NCBI RefSeq assembly: GCF_009914755.1
Contig: NC_060931.1
DNA: 64,000 nt
From: the human T2T-CHM13v2.0 reference genome, Homo sapiens
Reading direction: 5' to 3' (one strand)
The notes beneath the pieces were generated by a model, which was not told the origin of the DNA, made no database searches, and saw only the letters and a list, made by a program, of their open reading frames with translations. Below are positions 59,281-64,000 of the stretch, one piece after another (position 1 is the first letter of the stretch; every line of letters starts with the position of its first letter). A program made the position numbers and the translations under genes.

Positions 59281-62200
59281 CAGATTTTCTTCTTTCTATT
59301 GTTACTGCAAGCCTAGAGCATATTAGGTGCTAAACAAATAACTAAGGTTTAGGAAAATAATTGGTTAATGGCTGATATGTCTTCTCATAAACCTTGAGCT
59401 GTTAGCACTATGCAGTCTCTTCTCAGCACTTCATGCTTTATTCTGTAGCCTGGTGTGGCACCGAGCCCCATGTTACTGTGAGGTGCACACCCAGGACAAG
59501 GGTTTTGGGCAGCCTAGACAGCCCATGTCATCTACATTAAACTCTGCTTTCTCTTTACATTTTTTTTCTTTTAAACACAGCCTGAACATGAGTGAGACAA
59601 ACATCTGTAACCTTTTCTAACAATATCAGAGGATATCATTTTTATATTTAGAAGGTGGATGAGATTGAAGTCAAGAAGAGATGCCGGGGCAGCTCATATT
59701 ATTCACAAGCAACATAATCACTGTGAAAATACAATCTTTTTTCCCCCTTTGGAGACCCAGTTACTATATTTTTTTAAAAGCATTTGTGCAAGAAAAAACA
59801 GCTTATTAAAATGCATGAGGTCTAGCTTGCCTATCACCAATAATCAGAATATTTTTATCTGCCATAAAATCTCATGTTGACAAGTAATGTTCTTCTCAGT
59901 TTTGCAAGTATGACGCTATTGTCCATTTGATTTCTCCATCACCTGCTGACCTACTTCCTGTTACTCACCCAGCAGGCCCTCCTGAGGCAACCTATTGATG
60001 CTCTTGTTGGTTCTTCTACCCCTTTATCTCATAACAATCTGTCAGCTCACCCCTCCAGAGGGTTTAAATTGCCACCAACTGGTCAATAGATGCAACCTCC
60101 TATATATCAATACGCCTGCTTCCACCAGTAGCTCTTTGACATCATCTCTCAGATAAATTGGTCTCTCTCTTTTTTCATATTCTGTTCTCTCCATGATGTC
60201 ACATGAAATGTGAATGTTTCTCTCCAGTTGGAGTACTACATTGCTTACATTTAATCTCCATTTATTTTCCTCCTACACTCCTACCCCAGAGATTTTCAGA
60301 AAGTGAGAAAAGTATTAGAGGTTTGGAAATGAATATACATGTCTCTAAGCTTTTGAAATCTTGTTTCCAAATATAGAGCTGACTTGATTTGAGAGGAAGA
60401 AAAGCATTAGCAATATTCTTAAAGGATGACTTTACAGTGATAATCTGAATTTTATTCTGTGGGCAGATTTCTTCAATAGTGATTCAGTTATTTATAATAA
60501 CAACAACTACATGAAGACCAATAATCATGAAAGAACAGTGATCATTTTTCATCTGAACAAAGTGTAATTGGATTATCTTCAGAGATTCTAAAAATCACAA
60601 CTTTCCAAAGATCCAGTGTACATGGTGGATGTAGACCAGCGCTGAGCTGTTTCACGAACTATCTTCCTGTTACCAGCAGGTCAACGGCTGGAAGTCTGTG
60701 GAGGAGGACTTGAAGTCCTTAGGCTGGCAGCCCTCCTCATGCAGCGGCAGGCCAGGCAGCCCTCATTTCTTTCCCCAGCTCCAGGTCACACATGGTAGAA
60801 TTTCCACCTAGCCCCCAGAAGTTGTTTGGATCTTGCTGCCCTTGTATTGTTTGGTCTTGAGGAGTGGCTCTTTTCTCATATGAAGGGAAGATCTGGGTGG
60901 ATTGCCTTCCAGAACTTCTGTCTTCCCCTGCATCCATATTGGTGTGAGGAACCACGGCAGAGTCTGTGGGAACTGTGAACATGTAAAAGGACAGAATATC
61001 ACTGTGTAAGATGACTGTGTTTTCTCCAAGAAACAGAAAGCTATCAGCTGTCTGAAACTAACTTTTAAAATACGAAACAAAAAACAGATTTTTTTCTCCA
61101 AAGTCAGGGAGGGAACCTGAAGCTCGGGGTTTTCTAAAACTTCTTTGAATTTAATGAAGTGAAACACTGAAGATCACTGGGAAAGGGTGAGTTAAAAGAT
61201 CATAGTGATATGCTTTCTTACTTAGGAGTTTTTGCTAACTACAGCTTATTTTCAGAAGGTGTGCATATCCTGAGTGTTTCTATTATTTTTTTGCTTTTCT
61301 GCAGCAATAACATAAAAAAAATCAAAATACCAGACCACATCAACACACATACTTTGTTCTTTGGAAAGTAAATTTGGCAGAAATAGAAAGAATCATAAAT
61401 ATGATATTTTAAAAAGGTGTTTTATTTAAATATTTAATAATGATGAAAGCCCCAAATAATCAAAATTGGCCTATTTCTATTTTAATTTCCAACCAACCAA
61501 GGAAAGCAGGAATTCATAGACTTTGGCAAGGATATTTTGAAGTGTGTTGATGAAGCTTGTGGTGAGTGTGCACTACTCTTCACCCCAGAGTGAAGAATGG
61601 ACACCCATAGGAACAGCCATGTGGCTGTGACAAATGAAGGGCCGTGCCCTACCTTATGAAATTGACATCTGGTCCTAGAATTGCACAGTCATTGAAACCA
61701 ATGTGCAAAACACTGCTAAATCAGAAAGACACTTCAGTGAGACCCTCCTTCTCTGCCCTATTTAATTTAACACCCTACTCCAACATGCCCTTTCCCCTTT
61801 CCTACCTGTTTTTCCCTGGCACTTCTATAGCCATGTATTCTATGACCACGTGTAGCCACTGTGTATGACACTTACTTACTTATTATCTGCTCACACACTA
61901 GAATGTAAGTTCTTCCATGAAGGAAGGACTTTTGTTTGTTTTACACATCTGCAGTGACTGCAAAGTGCCTGAAATACAGAAAGCACTCAATGCATATCTG
62001 CTGCATCAATGAATGAATGTGCTTTTAATTACATTAGTAAATATTTATAATGAGATAAAAGAGTTCTACTGATATTGCAGTGTAAATATCTTTAATGGCA
62101 GGGCAAAATATGTAAATTGAATTATAGAAGTTCAGAACTGAAACAGAAATGAGAAAATTAGAAATTTTCCATACGGGAAAACTGAGTTCAAGAAAAGCTA

Positions 62201-62563
62201 TAACTTGGCAATGGTCATGTTTGTAGTGCACAACATAATCTAATTCTCCTGAGTCCAAATAAAGCCCCAAATATAACCCATTATTATTATGCATTTTGTT
62301 GCCTTACTACTATTAGCATATAGATTATTTGAATTTATATACTTTTAGGCTGTGCTATTTGCATGTGTCTGTATTCAACTGTTGTTTATCTCAAAAATAT
62401 GTATTCCATTTGGCTCATCCTTAAATGTAATGGCTTAATAACTTTATTTTTTATCGATATTTTGAAAATATTTTTCATAAAAAATGAAACCTTCAAATAC
62501 TGGAGGTTTCTGTTGTATTTAATTTTTTGAAAATCATTGTCTCTGTTATTTAATGAACAGTAT

Positions 62564-62930
62564 TGTCTTCATGTTTTTGTACTGACATAATAGAGTTCCA
62601 CAGGGTAGGTAATTTATAATTAACAGAAATGTACTTGGCTCATAGTACTGGAAGTGCAAGATTGAGGGGCTGGCATTAGGTAAGGGCCTTCTCGCTAAGT
62701 CATCCCATGGTGGATGATGAGAGGGCAAGAGAGGGCTGAAATTGTCCTTTTGTAAAGAACCCACGTCTGAGAAACTGAACCTACTCCTGAGATAATGAGT
62801 TTAATCTACTCAGGAGGGCACATGCCCCGTGACCCAAACACCTCCCACCAGGCCCCAACTCCCAACACTGCTGTGTTGAGAAACAAATTTCCAACATATG
62901 AACTTTTGGGGACACATTCAAGTCATAGCA
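62564..62930 (-). mobile_element. MSTC/D MaLR solo LTR
   Basis: ggtaatttataattaacagaaatg...catcccatggtgga...cacctcccaccaggcccca...tttccaacatatgaacttttggggacacattcaagtcatagca; 5-bp TSD agtat. Confidence 0.82.
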
Positions 62931-63282
62931 AGTATTATTCTTAAAATATATAAACTAAATATTTAATAATTAAAAATTTGTGGGGAATAAATTATTGTCT
63001 TTGGGGCAGAAATTAAGTATATACTTTATTTTTTCCATTAATTAAAAGCTTCCAATTCAAGATAACAGATACCGTAAAACTCTATAACTTTCTAAGACAA
63101 TGTTCAATACTTTTTATAAATAAACATCATTGTTTAAAAATTTTAGTTTCAAGAACATTTGATTTTTCAACCCATTGAGCGATGATTACTTATTTATGAA
63201 GGATGCTAATTAAGCCTAGAAGGAGAGGCAATCTACTACTTGTGTGTATGTTTATATTAGCCAAGGGAGTTATTGATTAAAT

Positions 63283-64000
63283 TTTCTTCTTTTTTATTAT
63301 ACTTTAAGTTCTAGTGTACATGCGCACAATGTGCAGGTTTGTTACATGTGTATACATTTGCCATGTTGGTGTGCTTCACCCGTTAACTCGTCATTTACAT
63401 TAGGTATATCTCCTAATGCTATCCTCCGCCCTCCCCCAACCCCACAACAGGCCCCGGTGTGTGATGTTCCCCACCCTGTGTCCAAGTGTTCTCATTGTTC
63501 AATTCCCACCTATGAGTGAGAACATGCAGTGTTTGGTTTTCTGTCCTTGTGATAGTTTGCTCAGAATGATGGTTTCCCTCTTCATCTATGTCCCTACAAA
63601 GGACATGAACTCATCATTTTTTATGGCTGCATAGTATTCCATGGTGTATATGTGCCACATTTTCTTAATCCAGTCTATCATTGATGGACATTTGGGTTGG
63701 TTCCAAGTCTTTGCTATTGTGAATAGTGCAGCAATAAACACACATATGCATGTATCTTTATAGCAGCATGATTTATAATCCTTTGGGTATATACCCAGTA
63801 ATGGGATGGCTGGGTCAAATGGTATTTCTAGTTCTAGATCCCTGAGGAATCGCCACACTGTCTTCCACAATGGTTGAACTAGTTTACAGTCCCACCAACA
63901 GTGTAAAAGTGTTCCTATTTCTCCACATCCTCTCCAGCACCTGTTGTTTCCTGACTTTTTAATGATCACTATTCTAACTGGTGTGAGATGGTATCTCATT
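63283..64000 (-). mobile_element. L1PA (PA5/PA6-like) 3' end including ORF2 C-terminus; continues beyond the window
   Basis: ORF 63586-63999 gives MRYHLTPVR...[17 protein letters not shown]...MEYYAAIKNDEFMSFVGT, followed by the L1 3' UTR and tail. Confidence 0.93.

Noticed and set aside
63586-63999. 137-aa ORF as a host gene
   Set aside because: It is the C-terminus of L1 ORF2p.

Overview
Great-ape genomic DNA, mostly AT-rich and repeat-dense (Alu, L1, L2/MIR, MaLR/ERV LTRs, MER DNA transposons). There is one gene-like feature: a full-length, intronless CDC14B retrocopy (CDC14C / CDC14Bretro) on the minus strand at ~23079-29253. It keeps its 5' UTR CpG island, a ~4.3 kb 3' UTR, a poly(A) tail and a 15-bp target-site duplication (TSD). 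This copy has the shifted start codon and hydrophobic C-terminus of the hominoid retrogene. Its ORF is broken by a 1-bp frameshift and by a 231-bp L1PA2-like insertion that has no TSD, while the catalytic half is still open. The disruption and the amino-acid differences from the human protein (as recalled) suggest a non-human African ape, plausibly gorilla; this is inference. Other structural oddities: a 220-bp-arm inverted repeat at ~56.9-57.5 kb, a hairpin plus tandem-duplication cluster at ~22.1-22.9 kb, an Alu with a twin-priming-type 5' inversion, a templated insertion in an MLT1 LTR, and an AluYa5-diagnostic element. No convincing new multi-gene system was found. Repeat subfamily names come from recalled consensus sequences, not from a database search.
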